Positions 30,523-40,671 of a stretch of 50,812 bases of DNA are shown here, one piece after another. The position numbers and the translations under genes were made by a program. The stretch is from an uncultured Rhodanobacteraceae bacterium (GTDB lineage: Bacteria > Pseudomonadota > Gammaproteobacteria > Xanthomonadales > Rhodanobacteraceae). The stretch lies in assembly GCA_964509025.1 (NCBI GenBank), contig CAZDWH010000001.1, forward strand, positions 1 to 50,812, in the 5' to 3' direction. Below the pieces are notes generated by a model that ran no database searches, was not told the DNA's origin, and saw only the letters and a program-made list of their open reading frames with translations. How positions within the stretch are numbered: the first letter of the stretch is position 1; each line of letters starts with the position of its first letter.

Positions 30523-32727
30523 TCAGAACGAATAGCGTGCGCTGGCAAACACCAGTCGCGGTGAGCCGTAGAATCCGGTCAGCACGCCGAGCGCCGCGAT
30601 ATTGTAGCCATCGGTGCGATACGACTTGTTGGTCAGATTGCTGCCCTGCAGGGCGAAGCTCCAGTGCGCGTCGCGATTCCAGATCAGGCTCGCGCCGAGC
30701 AGGCCGTACGCACCCTGCGCGATGACCGGGCTCAGGTCCGTCGTAGGATATACCTTGGACTGCCATGTATAACCGACGCGCGCGCGGACATCGCCGCCGA
30801 AACTCACCGGCGCGCGGTATTCGAGGTTGACGCCGGCCTGGCCGTTCGGCGCGGCATTGAACCGCTTCTGGTCGGCGACGTTCACGCCGTTGGTCAGGTA
30901 ATCGTCGTACTGCGTGCGCAGGCCGGCAAGGTTACCGACGACCGACCAGTGTTCGATCGGATGCCAGGCGAACTCTGCCTCGATGCCGTAGGCGTGCGCC
31001 TTGCCCGCATTGGTGAAGTCGCCGAAGAATCCCGGCTGGCCGTTGGCCTGGATGTACGAAGTGAACACGGACAACTGGATGTCGCGGTAGCGCGTGTAGA
31101 ACACGTCAGCATTGAGCGAGAACTTGCCATCGGCGAAATTCGACTTGCTGCCGAACTCGAACGTATCGCCCACCTCGTCGGCGACCGGATTGTCGGCTAC
31201 GGGGACGGCCAGTGTATTGGCGCGGATGTTGTAGCTGCCCGACTTGAAGCCGCGACCGAGCGAGGCGTACAGGTTGGTCTCGTCGTTGAGCTTGTACATC
31301 AGCGAGACGCGCGGCGAGACGTTGGACGGATCGCGCGAGCGGTCGAACGCCGCGGTCGTCACTACCGGCGTGCCAAAAGTTGCGTCTTTGGTCGTGTAGT
31401 TGTGCACCACCGCGTGCTTCTTCTCGTCGGTGTAGCGCACGCCGGCGGACAGGTTCCAGCGGTCGCTCAACGCCCAGGTCCAGTCCGTGTAGAGAGCATA
31501 GCTCTTGGTGGATACGGTGCCGCTGGTCACGCCGAACGAGGCGTTGAAGAAATTGTTGTGGATCGCGCCACCGGCTTCGCCGTCGAAATAGTAGATGCCG
31601 GCGACGCCGCTGGTGCCGTTGTCGCCCTGATACGTTGCCTGGAATTCCTGCGAGGTCTGGTTGTCGTTGTAGTAGGCGTTGACGTCGGCGATCTTGTTCG
31701 CCAGCGTGTCGAAGTCGATATTGGTGTTGGTGTTCGACTGGCGATGCGCGGTGATCGACTTGAACGACCACTTGTCCCAGGGGAAGAAATTCACGTGCAG
31801 CGATTCGCCGACCATGTGCGTCGGGTTGAGACTCGGCATGCCGCTGCGCACGTCGTAATCGCTGTCGAGCGGCGCGAAGGTCGGCGCGAACTTGTTCGCC
31901 GCGAGCAGCTTGGCGCCGCGCGGATTGGAGTTGTCGTGCACAGTGTCGGCGCTGAATTGCACGTCGAGCGGCACGTCTTTCGGGAAAAATCCGGCCGAGA
32001 TGCGTCCGGCATTGGTGTTCTGGTTGCTGACCGAATCGCCGCTGGTGAAATTCGTGCCGTAGCCGTCATGGTGCAGCGAGGCGTAGGCGACGCGCCCGCG
32101 CCACACGCCATCGTCGGTCGCGCCGCCAAGACCGAGCTTGAGGTTCTCGCGCCCCTCGTTGCCGGCCTCGATTTGCGCATAGCCTTCGCCCGTCGTCGGC
32201 AGCGGCTTGGACACGTATTTGATCGCGCCACCTATCGTGTTCTTGCCGTACAGCGTGCCCTGCGGACCGCGCAGCACTTCGATGCGCTGGATGTCGAACA
32301 CGTCGAGCAACGCACCCTGCGGCCGCGCAATGTAGACGTCGTCGAGATACAGGCCGACGCCTGGATCCGAACCCCAGGTCGGATCGGACTGGCCGATGCC
32401 GCGGATGTAAGTGGTGATCGTGCTGTTGCTGCCACGCGCGTCGTGGATCACGAGGTTCGGCACGTTGCCGGCGAGGTCGCCGAGATTCTGCACGTTGCGC
32501 GCTTCCAGCGTCGCCGCGGACAGCGCAGTGACGGCGATCGGCACATCCTGCAGCGTCTCCTCGCGGCGGCGCGCCGTCACGGTGATCGTCTCGAGCGAGG
32601 CGGAGTCGCCCTGCTTGGGCGCATCGGCGGCGGCGGCCGGGTCGGCGTCCGCTGCGATCGGCGCCGCGTGGCCCGCGGACAACGCGAGCAGTCCTGCGAT
32701 CGCGAGACTCAGTCGTGTCGGCTTCAT
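30523..32727 (-). CDS. TonB-dependent receptor
   Basis: Signal peptide, TonB box ETITVTARRR, plug IEVLRGPQGTLYGKN, C-terminal Phe. Confidence 0.95.
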   Translation of the reverse strand: MKPTRLSLAIAGLLALSAGHAAPIAADADPAAAADAPKQGDSASLETITVTARRREETLQDVPIAVTALSAATLEARNVQNLGDLAGNVPNLVIHDARGSNSTITTYIRGIGQSDPTWGSDPGVGLYLDDVYIARPQGALLDVFDIQRIEVLRGPQGTLYGKNTIGGAIKYVSKPLPTTGEGYAQIEAGNEGRENLKLGLGGATDDGVWRGRVAYASLHHDGYGTNFTSGDSVSNQNTNAGRISAGFFPKDVPLDVQFSADTVHDNSNPRGAKLLAANKFAPTFAPLDSDYDVRSGMPSLNPTHMVGESLHVNFFPWDKWSFKSITAHRQSNTNTNIDFDTLANKIADVNAYYNDNQTSQEFQATYQGDNGTSGVAGIYYFDGEAGGAIHNNFFNASFGVTSGTVSTKSYALYTDWTWALSDRWNLSAGVRYTDEKKHAVVHNYTTKDATFGTPVVTTAAFDRSRDPSNVSPRVSLMYKLNDETNLYASLGRGFKSGSYNIRANTLAVPVADNPVADEVGDTFEFGSKSNFADGKFSLNADVFYTRYRDIQLSVFTSYIQANGQPGFFGDFTNAGKAHAYGIEAEFAWHPIEHWSVVGNLAGLRTQYDDYLTNGVNVADQKRFNAAPNGQAGVNLEYRAPVSFGGDVRARVGYTWQSKVYPTTDLSPVIAQGAYGLLGASLIWNRDAHWSFALQGSNLTNKSYRTDGYNIAALGVLTGFYGSPRLVFASARYSF

Positions 32728-32804
32728 ATTCCCCTCTGATCTAAGTTATGGCTACCCGCAATGCGGGGCAGTGCGCAGCTTAGGCAAGCCATGCGGGCGC
32801 GGCA

Positions 32805-32822
32805 CTTGTACGTTTGTCCAAT
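32805..32822 (-). promoter_or_regulatory. Operator copy ATTGGAC-AAAC-GTACAAG (minus strand) upstream of the TonB receptor
   Basis: Matches the 23997 and 32888 motifs. 77 nt from the receptor ATG. Confidence 0.7.
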
Positions 32823-32887
32823 ACGCGGCATGCGGTCGCGACGCCGCACGTTCGCGCCACGTCGTTGCCGACTACGCCAGCGCATCG

Positions 32888-32905
32888 ATTGGACCTTGGT
32901 ACAAG
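32888..32905 (+). promoter_or_regulatory. Operator copy ATTGGAC-CTTG-GTACAAG upstream of the permease
   Basis: Matches the other two copies. 96 nt from the permease GTG. Confidence 0.7.
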
Positions 32906-33001
32906 CACAAACCTTCGACGATCCGCATACGATTCGGGCGAAACCCGCCCCTCGAATTCGTCGCCCATGCCAGTTCCCAGCAGGCCCAACCGAGTGATCC
33001 C

Positions 33002-34390
33002 GTGTCCTTGCTGATCTGTCTGGCCGCTCTCGCATTCCTGATGGTCGCGGCCTATCGCGGCTACAGCGTGATCCTGTTCGCGCCTGTGGCGGCGCTCGGC
33101 GCGGTGCTGCTGACGAATCCCGCCGATGTCGCGCCGATCTTTTCCGGCCTGTTCATGGACAAGATGGTCGGCTTCGTCAGGAACTACTTCCCGGTGTTCC
33201 TGCTCGGCGCGGGGTTCGGCAAGCTGATCGAGCTGGCGGGGTTCTCTCGCGCGATCGTCGCTGCAGCGATCGGCGTGGTCGGCGGCAAGCGCGCAATCGT
33301 CGCGATCGTGCTGGTGAGCAGCCTGCTCACTTACGGCGGCGTATCGCTGTTCGTCGCGGTGTTCGCGGTGTATCCGTTCGCTGCCGAATTGTTCAAGCAG
33401 AGCGACATCCCGAAACGCCTGATCCCGGGCGCGATCGCGCTCGGTGCGTTCACCTACACGATGGACGCATTGCCGGGCACGCCGCAGATCCAGAACATCA
33501 TTCCGACCGCGTTCTTCAAGACCGATGTGTACGCCGCGCCGTGGCTAGGTGCGATCGGGGGACTGTTTATCCTGGTCTGCGGCCTCGCTTACCTCGAATG
33601 GCGCCGGCGCGCAGCGCTTGCCGCAGGCGAAGGCTATGGCAGCGGCCACAGCAACGAGCCCGAACCGGTTGCCGAGAACGTGCGTATCAACCCATGGATC
33701 GCCCTCCTGCCGCTGTGCGCGGTCGGCGTAGCCAACTATGTCCTGACCGCGTTGATCAGGAGCCACTACGGCAGCAGCTACGAGATCGTGTTGCCCGCGG
33801 GCAAACCGATCGCGCTCGATGTGGATGCGGTCACCGCAGTGTGGGCGGTCGAAGGCGCGCTCGTGGTTGGCATCCTGCTCGTGCTCGCCTTCGGTTTCAC
33901 CCAGGTACGCGCGAAATTCACCGAAGGCAGCAAGGCGGCGATCGCGGGCGCCTTGCTCGCGTCGATGAATACCGCATCGGAGTACGGTTTCGGCGCGGTG
34001 ATCGCCGCCCTGCCCGGCTTCATCGCGATCCGCGATGCGCTCGGTGCGATTCCGAATCCGCTCGTCAACGAGGCGCTCTCGGTCACCACGCTCGCCGGCA
34101 TCACCGGTTCGGCCTCGGGCGGCATGTCGATCGCGCTCGCGGCGATGGCCAACGATTTCATCGCCGCGGCGAACGCGGCCGGCATCTCGCCCGAAGTGCT
34201 GCATCGCGTCGCCGCGATGGCGTCGGGCGGCATGGACACGCTGCCACACAACGGCGCCGTGATCACCCTGCTCGCGGTCTGCGGGCTTACGCACCGGCAG
34301 TCATACAGGGACATCTTCGCGGTGACGTGTCTCAAGACCCTCGCGGTATTCGTCGTGATCGCGGTGTACTACCTGACCGGCATCAAGTAG
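33002..34390 (+). CDS. GntP-family permease (D-beta-hydroxybutyrate permease-like)
   Basis: LMVAAYRGYSVILFAP, LTYGGVSLFV, ALPGTPQIQN, GITGSASGG, MDTLPHNGAVITLL. GTG at 33002; the track's longer N-terminus overlaps the TonB receptor gene. Confidence 0.88.
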   Translation: MSLLICLAALAFLMVAAYRGYSVILFAPVAALGAVLLTNPADVAPIFSGLFMDKMVGFVRNYFPVFLLGAGFGKLIELAGFSRAIVAAAIGVVGGKRAIVAIVLVSSLLTYGGVSLFVAVFAVYPFAAELFKQSDIPKRLIPGAIALGAFTYTMDALPGTPQIQNIIPTAFFKTDVYAAPWLGAIGGLFILVCGLAYLEWRRRAALAAGEGYGSGHSNEPEPVAENVRINPWIALLPLCAVGVANYVLTALIRSHYGSSYEIVLPAGKPIALDVDAVTAVWAVEGALVVGILLVLAFGFTQVRAKFTEGSKAAIAGALLASMNTASEYGFGAVIAALPGFIAIRDALGAIPNPLVNEALSVTTLAGITGSASGGMSIALAAMANDFIAAANAAGISPEVLHRVAAMASGGMDTLPHNGAVITLLAVCGLTHRQSYRDIFAVTCLKTLAVFVVIAVYYLTGIK

Positions 34391-34475
34391 CCTAGGCAGG
34401 AGTCCGTGTAACTAAAGCGTCATTCCGGACAATTAATCTTGCGACTTTGTGACAATCCCACCCGGAGTGACCAAC

Positions 34476-34991
34476 ATGATCCGCAAACCCCTGCGCCAGC
34501 GCCGTCTGGTTGTGATGCTGGCGGCGCTGAGCCTGGCCGGTATCGCCTATGCCCAGGCGAATTTCTCCTCGCTCGAGGAGCGCATGTCGTACAAGGAATT
34601 CAAGGAATACGGTCTCGACAAGCTCACGCCCGAACAGCTGCGCGGACTCAACGATTGGCTGCGCGCTCATGGCGCGACCGGCGGCAGTGCGGGTATTGGT
34701 TCTGCGCGAGCGGTAGCCGCTCCTTCGGCCGGCGCGACTGCTGCGGCAGCGACAGACGCCGACGGCCGCATCGTCAGCCCTCTCGTTGGTGATTTCAACG
34801 GCTGGCATCAGGGCACCGTACTCACGCTCGCCAACGGCACGCGTTGGGAAGTGCGCAACGACGACACCGTCTACGGCCACGGCGATCACAACCCGGAAGT
34901 GACGGTCGAACAGCGCAGCATCGTCGGCGGCTGGGTGCTGAGCGTCGAAGGCTACAATGACATCGCGCACGTGCTGCCGGTGAAGAAGTAA
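34476..34991 (+). CDS. Hypothetical secreted protein
   Basis: GGAG RBS, signal peptide ending AYA-Q, host-like codon usage, followed by a terminator. Confidence 0.8.
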   Translation: MIRKPLRQRRLVVMLAALSLAGIAYAQANFSSLEERMSYKEFKEYGLDKLTPEQLRGLNDWLRAHGATGGSAGIGSARAVAAPSAGATAAAATDADGRIVSPLVGDFNGWHQGTVLTLANGTRWEVRNDDTVYGHGDHNPEVTVEQRSIVGGWVLSVEGYNDIAHVLPVKK

Positions 34992-35049
34992 CTCCCGCTC
35001 GGGGTCTCGCGCGCGTAGCGCGAGGCTCGCCGCGCATTCCAAGCGGCAT

Positions 35050-35084
35050 AAAAAAACGGCGGACTCGAAAGTCCGCCGTTTTTT
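35050..35084. terminator. Bidirectional intrinsic terminator
   Basis: AAAAAAACGGCGGACT-CGAA-AGTCCGCCGTTTTTT between convergent genes. Confidence 0.9.
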
Positions 35085-35103
35085 CGCAGGGCTGCGATGT
35101 TTC

Positions 35104-36168
35104 TTAGAACTTCACTTCGGCCCACAGACCGATTTCGTTGGTCTTAGTGTCGAGTTTGGTGACCGGCAGACCGTCCTTCAGACGCTCATGTTTGTACACA
35201 CCGGCGATCTTGATGCCCTTGCGCGGGGTGAATTCGAGACCGAGGTACTCGTACTCGTCCTTCTGCGTCGAAACGGTGTCCTGCTTCGGCTCGACATGGT
35301 CGTAGCGGCCGAACACGGCCCAGTCCTTGGCGAACGAGACCCAGCCCCAGGCCGAATAGCCTTCCGCCGAATCCTTGAACGGTGAACCAGTCGTGATGGT
35401 GTACTGGATGTTGCTCTTGTTGTTGTCGGCGGTGAAGTATTCGATACCGAGACGCAGGTCGGCGGTGTTGTAAGCCGCGAGCGCGTCGAAGCGCGAGAAG
35501 GTGCGCGTGTTCAGGGTCGTGGCGAGGTTGGCCGGATCCTGGCCGAACTTGCCGTTGTAGCCGCCAACCGCGAGGGTCAGGCCCTTGATCGGCTGGATGC
35601 TGACGCGGCCTTCGAGATCCATCGAATCGGTGCGCGTTGGATTCTTGAAGCCGCCGCCGTTGACGACCGCGACGTTATAGGTCCAGAAGTTGTCGCTGGC
35701 ATTGCCGAGCACATGGATACCCCAGTCGGCCGAGTTGCCGAAGCCGTATTTGTCGACCGCGGAGTTCTCGACATAACGCAGGCCCGACAGGCCGTCGACG
35801 AAGCCGATCCACGGATTGTCGTCGGAACCGACGCGCACCGCGAATTCCTGCGACCACTTGGCCTGCAGCCAGGCCTTCTTGACGAACACCTGGGTTTCGT
35901 TCGAGGGTGAGGCCGAGACATAGTTGAAATCGGTGGTGAGGTTGGCCGACCAGAAATCGTCGAACTTGTGGTCGATGGTGATGTAGCCACGCTTCACGTC
36001 GAGACCGGTGCCGGCAGCGGCGGTGTCCTTGCCAAGGGCCTTCTGGTCGATATTGGTGAAGTCGATGAACAGCACGCCGCCGGCAACGGTGTTGACGTCC
36101 GCGTGGGCGGTCACCGACACGCCGCCGAGGACGGCAGCAACGGCGAGCGCGATCAGATTCTGGCGCAT
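35104..36168 (-). CDS. Outer-membrane beta-barrel porin (possibly phosphate-regulated)
   Basis: Signal peptide ending AHA, alternating beta-strand pattern, C-terminal AEVKF, strongly biased codons, GGAG RBS. Confidence 0.82.
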   Translation of the reverse strand: MRQNLIALAVAAVLGGVSVTAHADVNTVAGGVLFIDFTNIDQKALGKDTAAAGTGLDVKRGYITIDHKFDDFWSANLTTDFNYVSASPSNETQVFVKKAWLQAKWSQEFAVRVGSDDNPWIGFVDGLSGLRYVENSAVDKYGFGNSADWGIHVLGNASDNFWTYNVAVVNGGGFKNPTRTDSMDLEGRVSIQPIKGLTLAVGGYNGKFGQDPANLATTLNTRTFSRFDALAAYNTADLRLGIEYFTADNNKSNIQYTITTGSPFKDSAEGYSAWGWVSFAKDWAVFGRYDHVEPKQDTVSTQKDEYEYLGLEFTPRKGIKIAGVYKHERLKDGLPVTKLDTKTNEIGLWAEVKF

Positions 36169-36279
36169 GGGTAAGCTCCTTACGGGAAAAAACGGAATTG
36201 GGGTTTTGCACGCGCGGCGGACCGCCGACGCTTTAAGAATTCGTTAACGCACCGAGGTCCGCGCACTTTGCCGCTGAAT

Positions 36280-36299
36280 TGTTACAGAATTATGTAACA
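36280..36299. promoter_or_regulatory. TGTTAC-N8-GTAACA palindrome / degenerate Pho-box-like site
   Basis: TGTTACAGAATTATGTAACA, about 110 nt upstream of the porin start. Confidence 0.45.
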
Positions 36300-36636
36300 G
36301 AGCCCACGATCTCATTCGGCGCGGATTTCGCACGCCCTGGCGCATCGGTCCGCTATATTTTCGGGCGCAGTAGTAGCCTGCTGCGGCACGCAAGCGACGT
36401 TATATGTCGCTGTAAGGTTTTACGTACTGCATCCGTCTGTGTCTGCAGCACGTATAACAGCGTGCCTTGACTGCTAAGCCCCTGAAGCTGGCAGGCAATG
36501 TCCTCCAGCTTGAGGGGTGTTACGTCCGGCATATGCCTTAGCGTCACATCGTTATGGCTAAAATGCGCAGGGCGCCGCTTCGACGGCTTTTCCACTTTCG
36601 CGGGAGCCCAATCCCGCCAACCACCGGAGAAAATGT

Positions 36637-37035
36637 ATGTCGCACAAGATCGTCAAACCGCTCGTTCTCGCCATCGGTACCGGCCTTGTCGGCTCGTTCG
36701 CACTCGCGCAAGTCGCGCAGGCGAATCCGACGTTCCATCTGAACAGTCTCGTCGCGGGCTACACGCAGTCGGCGATCGGCAACGAAGGCAAGTGCGGCGA
36801 AGGCAAATGCGGCGCCACCAAGGGCAAGAAGTGCATGGAAATGACGGACAAGGCCGCGCAGGACAAGTGCATGGCCGACGCGCATCCGAAGGGCAAGGAA
36901 GGTTCCTGCTCGGGCGCGGACAAGGACAAGAAGGGCAAGGAAGGCTCCTGCTCCGCGGCGAAGAAAGGCAAGGAAGGTTCTTGCTCGCAGGCCAAGACGG
37001 ATGCGAAGGGCAAGGAAGGTTCTTGCAGCCACTAA
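36637..37035 (+). CDS. MNIO RiPP precursor (HvfA/EGKCG-repeat type) with signal peptide
   Basis: GGAG RBS, signal peptide, EGKCG x2 then KGKEGSCS x4, 8 Cys. Directly upstream of the DUF692 gene. Confidence 0.9.
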   Translation: MSHKIVKPLVLAIGTGLVGSFALAQVAQANPTFHLNSLVAGYTQSAIGNEGKCGEGKCGATKGKKCMEMTDKAAQDKCMADAHPKGKEGSCSGADKDKKGKEGSCSAAKKGKEGSCSQAKTDAKGKEGSCSH

Positions 37036-37036
37036 G

Positions 37037-37933
37037 ATGAAATCTCGCACTGTCAGTGGTGCGGGACTCGGCCTGCGGCGGGCGCTTATCGGCCCGCTGC
37101 AGGAATTGCTCGGCGCGGAACATACTGATCGTACATCCGCGCCGATCGATTTCTTCGAAGTCGCGCCGGAAAACTGGATCAATGTCGGCGGCAAGCTCGG
37201 CAAGCAGTTCCGCGCGTTTACGGAAAGCTATCCGTTTGTTTGCCACGGCCTGTCGCTGTCGCTCGGCGGCCCCGCGCCGCTCGACGAAACCCTGCTGCAC
37301 AAGATCCGCAACCTGCTCGATGCGCATCAGATCCGCATTTACAGCGAGCATCTGTCGTATTGCTCGGACGACGGCCATCTCTACGACCTGCTGCCGATTC
37401 CGTTCACCGAGGAAGCGGTCGACTATGTCGCCGCACGCATCCGCCGCGCGCAGGACATATTGAAACAGCGCATCGCGATCGAGAACGTCTCGTACTACGG
37501 CGTGCCCGGCGCATCGCTCTCCGAGATCGACTTCGTCAACGCCGTGCTCAAGGCAGCCGATTGCGATCTGCTGCTCGACGTCAACAACGTCTACGTCAAC
37601 AGCGTCAATCACCGCTACGACGCGAAATCCTTCATCGATGCGCTGCCGGCCGAGCGCGTCGTCTATATGCACATCGCCGGACACTTCAACGAGGCGCCGG
37701 GCCTGATCGTCGACAGCCATGCGGCGCCGATCATCGATCCGGTGTTCGATCTGCTCGATCACGCGTACCGGCACTGCGGCGTGAAGCCGACCCTGCTTGA
37801 GCGCGACTTCCATATTCCGCCGCTCGCCGAGCTGGTGAGTGAGCTCGATGTCGTGCGCGGGATTCAGGCGCGGTTTGCGCCGCCCGCGAGCGCGAGTGCA
37901 GCGACGGAGGCCAAGCATGTCCGCCGCGCCTGA
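37037..37933 (+). CDS. Multinuclear non-heme iron oxidase (DUF692, HvfB/BufB-like)
   Basis: [51 protein letters not shown]. Confidence 0.95.
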   Translation: MKSRTVSGAGLGLRRALIGPLQELLGAEHTDRTSAPIDFFEVAPENWINVGGKLGKQFRAFTESYPFVCHGLSLSLGGPAPLDETLLHKIRNLLDAHQIRIYSEHLSYCSDDGHLYDLLPIPFTEEAVDYVAARIRRAQDILKQRIAIENVSYYGVPGASLSEIDFVNAVLKAADCDLLLDVNNVYVNSVNHRYDAKSFIDALPAERVVYMHIAGHFNEAPGLIVDSHAAPIIDPVFDLLDHAYRHCGVKPTLLERDFHIPPLAELVSELDVVRGIQARFAPPASASAATEAKHVRRA

Positions 37934-38693
37934 ACACGCTCGGTCACACACGCACGCGCTGCAATACGCTTTCACCGCGCACCTGCGCGATCCCGAACAC
38001 GTGCCCGCGCCCGCGGATGTCGCGCCTCGACGCATGCAGGTCTATCGCGAACTCGTGTTCGCAAACATGGAGAGCTACCTCTCCTCGAATTTCCCGGTGA
38101 TCCGCAGCTTGTACGACGACGACGCGTGGAACGTGCTCGCGCGCGAATTCCTGCGCGATCATCATTGCCACACGCCGCTGTTTCCGGAATTCGGTCGCGA
38201 GTTCTTGCGTTTTATCGAAACGCGCATGGAACAAGGTCGCGACGATCCGCCCTTCCTGCTCGAACTAGCGCACTACGAATGGGCCGAGCTCGCACTCGCA
38301 CTCGACGAAGCCGATATCGCGACGATCGCGCACGATCCCGCCGGCGATCCGGTCGACGGCGTGCCGGTGATGTCGCCGCTCGCCTGCGTGCTCGGCTATC
38401 GCTATCCGGTACACCATATCTCGCCGGATTTCCGGCCGAGCGATCCGGGCGCCGCGCCGGCCCTGCTGCTGCTCGTGCGTGGGCGCGACGACATGGTGCG
38501 CTTCCATGAGATCAACGCGCTGAGCGCGCTACTGATCGAACGCCTGCAGGCGAACACCGAGTTGAGCGGACGCGAATGCCTTGACGCCGTGCTCGCGCAA
38601 TACGATGCTGCAACCGCGGCCAACTTGCACGAGGCCGGACTTGCGATGCTGATCGAGTTGCAGCAACAAGAGGCGATACTCGGCGCACGCTAG
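37917..38693 (+). CDS. MNIO partner protein (DUF2063, HvfC/BufC-like)
   Basis: [48 protein letters not shown]. Confidence 0.9.
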   Translation: MSAAPEHARSHTHALQYAFTAHLRDPEHVPAPADVAPRRMQVYRELVFANMESYLSSNFPVIRSLYDDDAWNVLAREFLRDHHCHTPLFPEFGREFLRFIETRMEQGRDDPPFLLELAHYEWAELALALDEADIATIAHDPAGDPVDGVPVMSPLACVLGYRYPVHHISPDFRPSDPGAAPALLLLVRGRDDMVRFHEINALSALLIERLQANTELSGRECLDAVLAQYDAATAANLHEAGLAMLIELQQQEAILGAR

Positions 38694-38760
38694 TTCTGAC
38701 CGTAAGGATTGCGAAGGCTGCACGTCTACCCTGCATTGCCTACCAACAAGGACCGACGCC

Positions 38761-39414
38761 GTGCAAAACCTCATCGCCCTCTGGACCACCCTCGCCTCAC
38801 GCCTGCGCGGCGTCGGCCAGACCCTGCCGCCGTTTATCCTGCGCCTGATCATGGGCGTGGAATTCTGGCAGTCCGGGCTGGAAAAATACGCTGGGGAAAA
38901 CTGGTTCACCGATATCCAGGACAAGTTCCCGTTTCCGTTCAACGTCATTCCCGCGAACATCAGCTGGAGCGTGGCGACGTGGTTCGAACTGGGTGGCGCG
39001 GTGCTGCTGGTGATCGGCCTGTTCACGCGTTTCGCCGCCTATAGTCTGTTCGTGCTGACTTTCGTCGCGACCGCGGCGGTGCACTGGCCTGACATGATCT
39101 CGATGTGGAGCGATCTGGCCAAAGGCTATGCGATAACCGATATGGGCCACGGCAATTTCAAGCTGCCGTTGCTGTTCGTCGTGATGTTGCTGCCGATCAT
39201 CTTCCAGGGACCGGGCAAATTCAGCGTCGACTATCTGCTGTCGCGCGCGCTCAAGGCCGACCCGATGCCGGCGCCGAATGCAGACGCGTACGCGTGGGCG
39301 CTCGCGGCACTCGCGCTCGGCATTCCGTTTTTGATGCTCGTTCCCGCGCTCGGCGCAGCCTTGCTCGTCGCCGCGCTCGTGCTCGCGGGGATCGGGCGCT
39401 TTGCGCGAGCCTAG
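38761..39414 (+). CDS. DoxX-family membrane protein of the MNIO cluster
   Basis: LRLIMGVEFWQSGLEK, ELGGAVLLVIGLFTRFAA, GPGKFSVD. Typical fourth gene of these clusters. Confidence 0.88.
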   Translation: MQNLIALWTTLASRLRGVGQTLPPFILRLIMGVEFWQSGLEKYAGENWFTDIQDKFPFPFNVIPANISWSVATWFELGGAVLLVIGLFTRFAAYSLFVLTFVATAAVHWPDMISMWSDLAKGYAITDMGHGNFKLPLLFVVMLLPIIFQGPGKFSVDYLLSRALKADPMPAPNADAYAWALAALALGIPFLMLVPALGAALLVAALVLAGIGRFARA

Positions 39415-39435
39415 ATCATCGCGGGGGATTCGATC

Positions 39436-39918
39436 ATGTCCGAGTCCGACACCTCCAACGCGGCGGCGCCCAGCGCGAAAACTTCCGAGGAAGGCTCGCT
39501 GCGCGCGAGCCTGCGCCGCAACGCCGTCGCATTGATCAGCCTCAGCGTGGCGCTGTTCTCGACCAGCTACAACACCTGGCGCAACCAGAGCACCGAAGCG
39601 CATCGCAACGTGCGCGAGGCCTCGTTCAAGCTGCTCGAACAAGCCGGCGAGCTGCAACAGCTGATGCAACACCGCTACTACGGCGGCGATCACTCGCAGA
39701 TGAACTGGATTGCCGGCTGGGGCCATGCCACGCTGATCCGCGATATGGCGCCGCTCGTGTCGCCCGCCGTGCAACAGCGCGCCGATACCGTGTTCGCTGA
39801 GTGGAAAGCGCATGCGGACGAACTCGAAAGCGGACAAGGCGATTCCGCGCAGCGCATCGAAACCGTAATCGATCAGCTGACGGGCGAGATACGCGCCGAA
39901 TTGCTCGCATTGCACTAA
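39436..39918 (+). CDS. Hypothetical single-pass membrane protein
   Basis: Host-like codon usage, [25 protein letters not shown]. Confidence 0.7.
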   Translation: MSESDTSNAAAPSAKTSEEGSLRASLRRNAVALISLSVALFSTSYNTWRNQSTEAHRNVREASFKLLEQAGELQQLMQHRYYGGDHSQMNWIAGWGHATLIRDMAPLVSPAVQQRADTVFAEWKAHADELESGQGDSAQRIETVIDQLTGEIRAELLALH

Positions 39919-39958
39919 GCGCGTTGTGAGCGCGCGCTGCGGCAGTTATCCTGCGCGC

Positions 39959-40639
39959 ATGACCGATACGCAACACGAAGCGGCGCCGAGCGACGCCGCA
40001 CCGACCAACAATTCGACCTCGAACAAATACGCCGAACGCTTCCGCGGCTTCCTGCCGGTCGTGGTCGACATCGAAACCGGCGGCTTCGACAGCGAGCGCG
40101 ACGCGATACTCGAGATCGCTGCCGTGATCCCGCACATGGATGCGGACGGCGTGCTGCATCCCGAACCCGTGATCTCGACGCACGTCGAGCCATTTCCCGG
40201 CGCGAACATCGAACCGAAGTCGCTCGAAATCACCGGAATCGATCCGACGCATCCGTTCCGCGGCGCGATCGAGGAACGCGCGGCGCTCGACTTCATCTTC
40301 GTGCCGATCCGCAAGGCACTGAAGAAATACGACTGCCAGCGCGCCGTGCTCGTCGGCCACAACGCCGCGTTCGACCTCGGCTTTCTCAACGCCGCGATCC
40401 GCCGCACCGCGCACAAGAAAAGTCCGTTCCATCTGTTCAGCTGCTTCGACACCGCCACCCTCGCCGGCCTCGCCTACGGCCAGACCGTACTGAGCCGCGC
40501 CGTGCTAGCCGCCGGCTTCGAGTGGAACGAGCGCGAAGCGCACTCCGCCGTCTACGACGCCGAGCGCACTGCGTTGCTGTTCTGCGAAATCGTCAATCGA
40601 TGGAAGGCGATGAGCGCTCGCACGGGAACGCTCGAGTGA
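39959..40639 (+). CDS. rnt: Ribonuclease T
   Basis: [41 protein letters not shown]. Confidence 0.97.
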   Translation: MTDTQHEAAPSDAAPTNNSTSNKYAERFRGFLPVVVDIETGGFDSERDAILEIAAVIPHMDADGVLHPEPVISTHVEPFPGANIEPKSLEITGIDPTHPFRGAIEERAALDFIFVPIRKALKKYDCQRAVLVGHNAAFDLGFLNAAIRRTAHKKSPFHLFSCFDTATLAGLAYGQTVLSRAVLAAGFEWNEREAHSAVYDAERTALLFCEIVNRWKAMSARTGTLE

Positions 40640-40671
40640 ACAGACATCGATTGTGAGCAAAGGAATCACGA

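Noticed and set aside
32411-33001. 197-aa N-terminal extension on the permease ORF (likewise extensions on the MFS, rlmB and FmdB ORFs)
   Set aside because: Overlap neighbouring genes or regulatory sites; family-typical N-termini begin at downstream starts.
36353-36595. 80-aa minus-strand ORF in the porin/RiPP intergenic region
   Set aside because: No clear RBS, atypical codons, no motif; overlaps the likely promoter region.
36889-37029. Four spaced 24-bp repeats as a possible mini-CRISPR
   Set aside because: In-frame coding repeats varying at synonymous positions, with 9-18 nt spacers.
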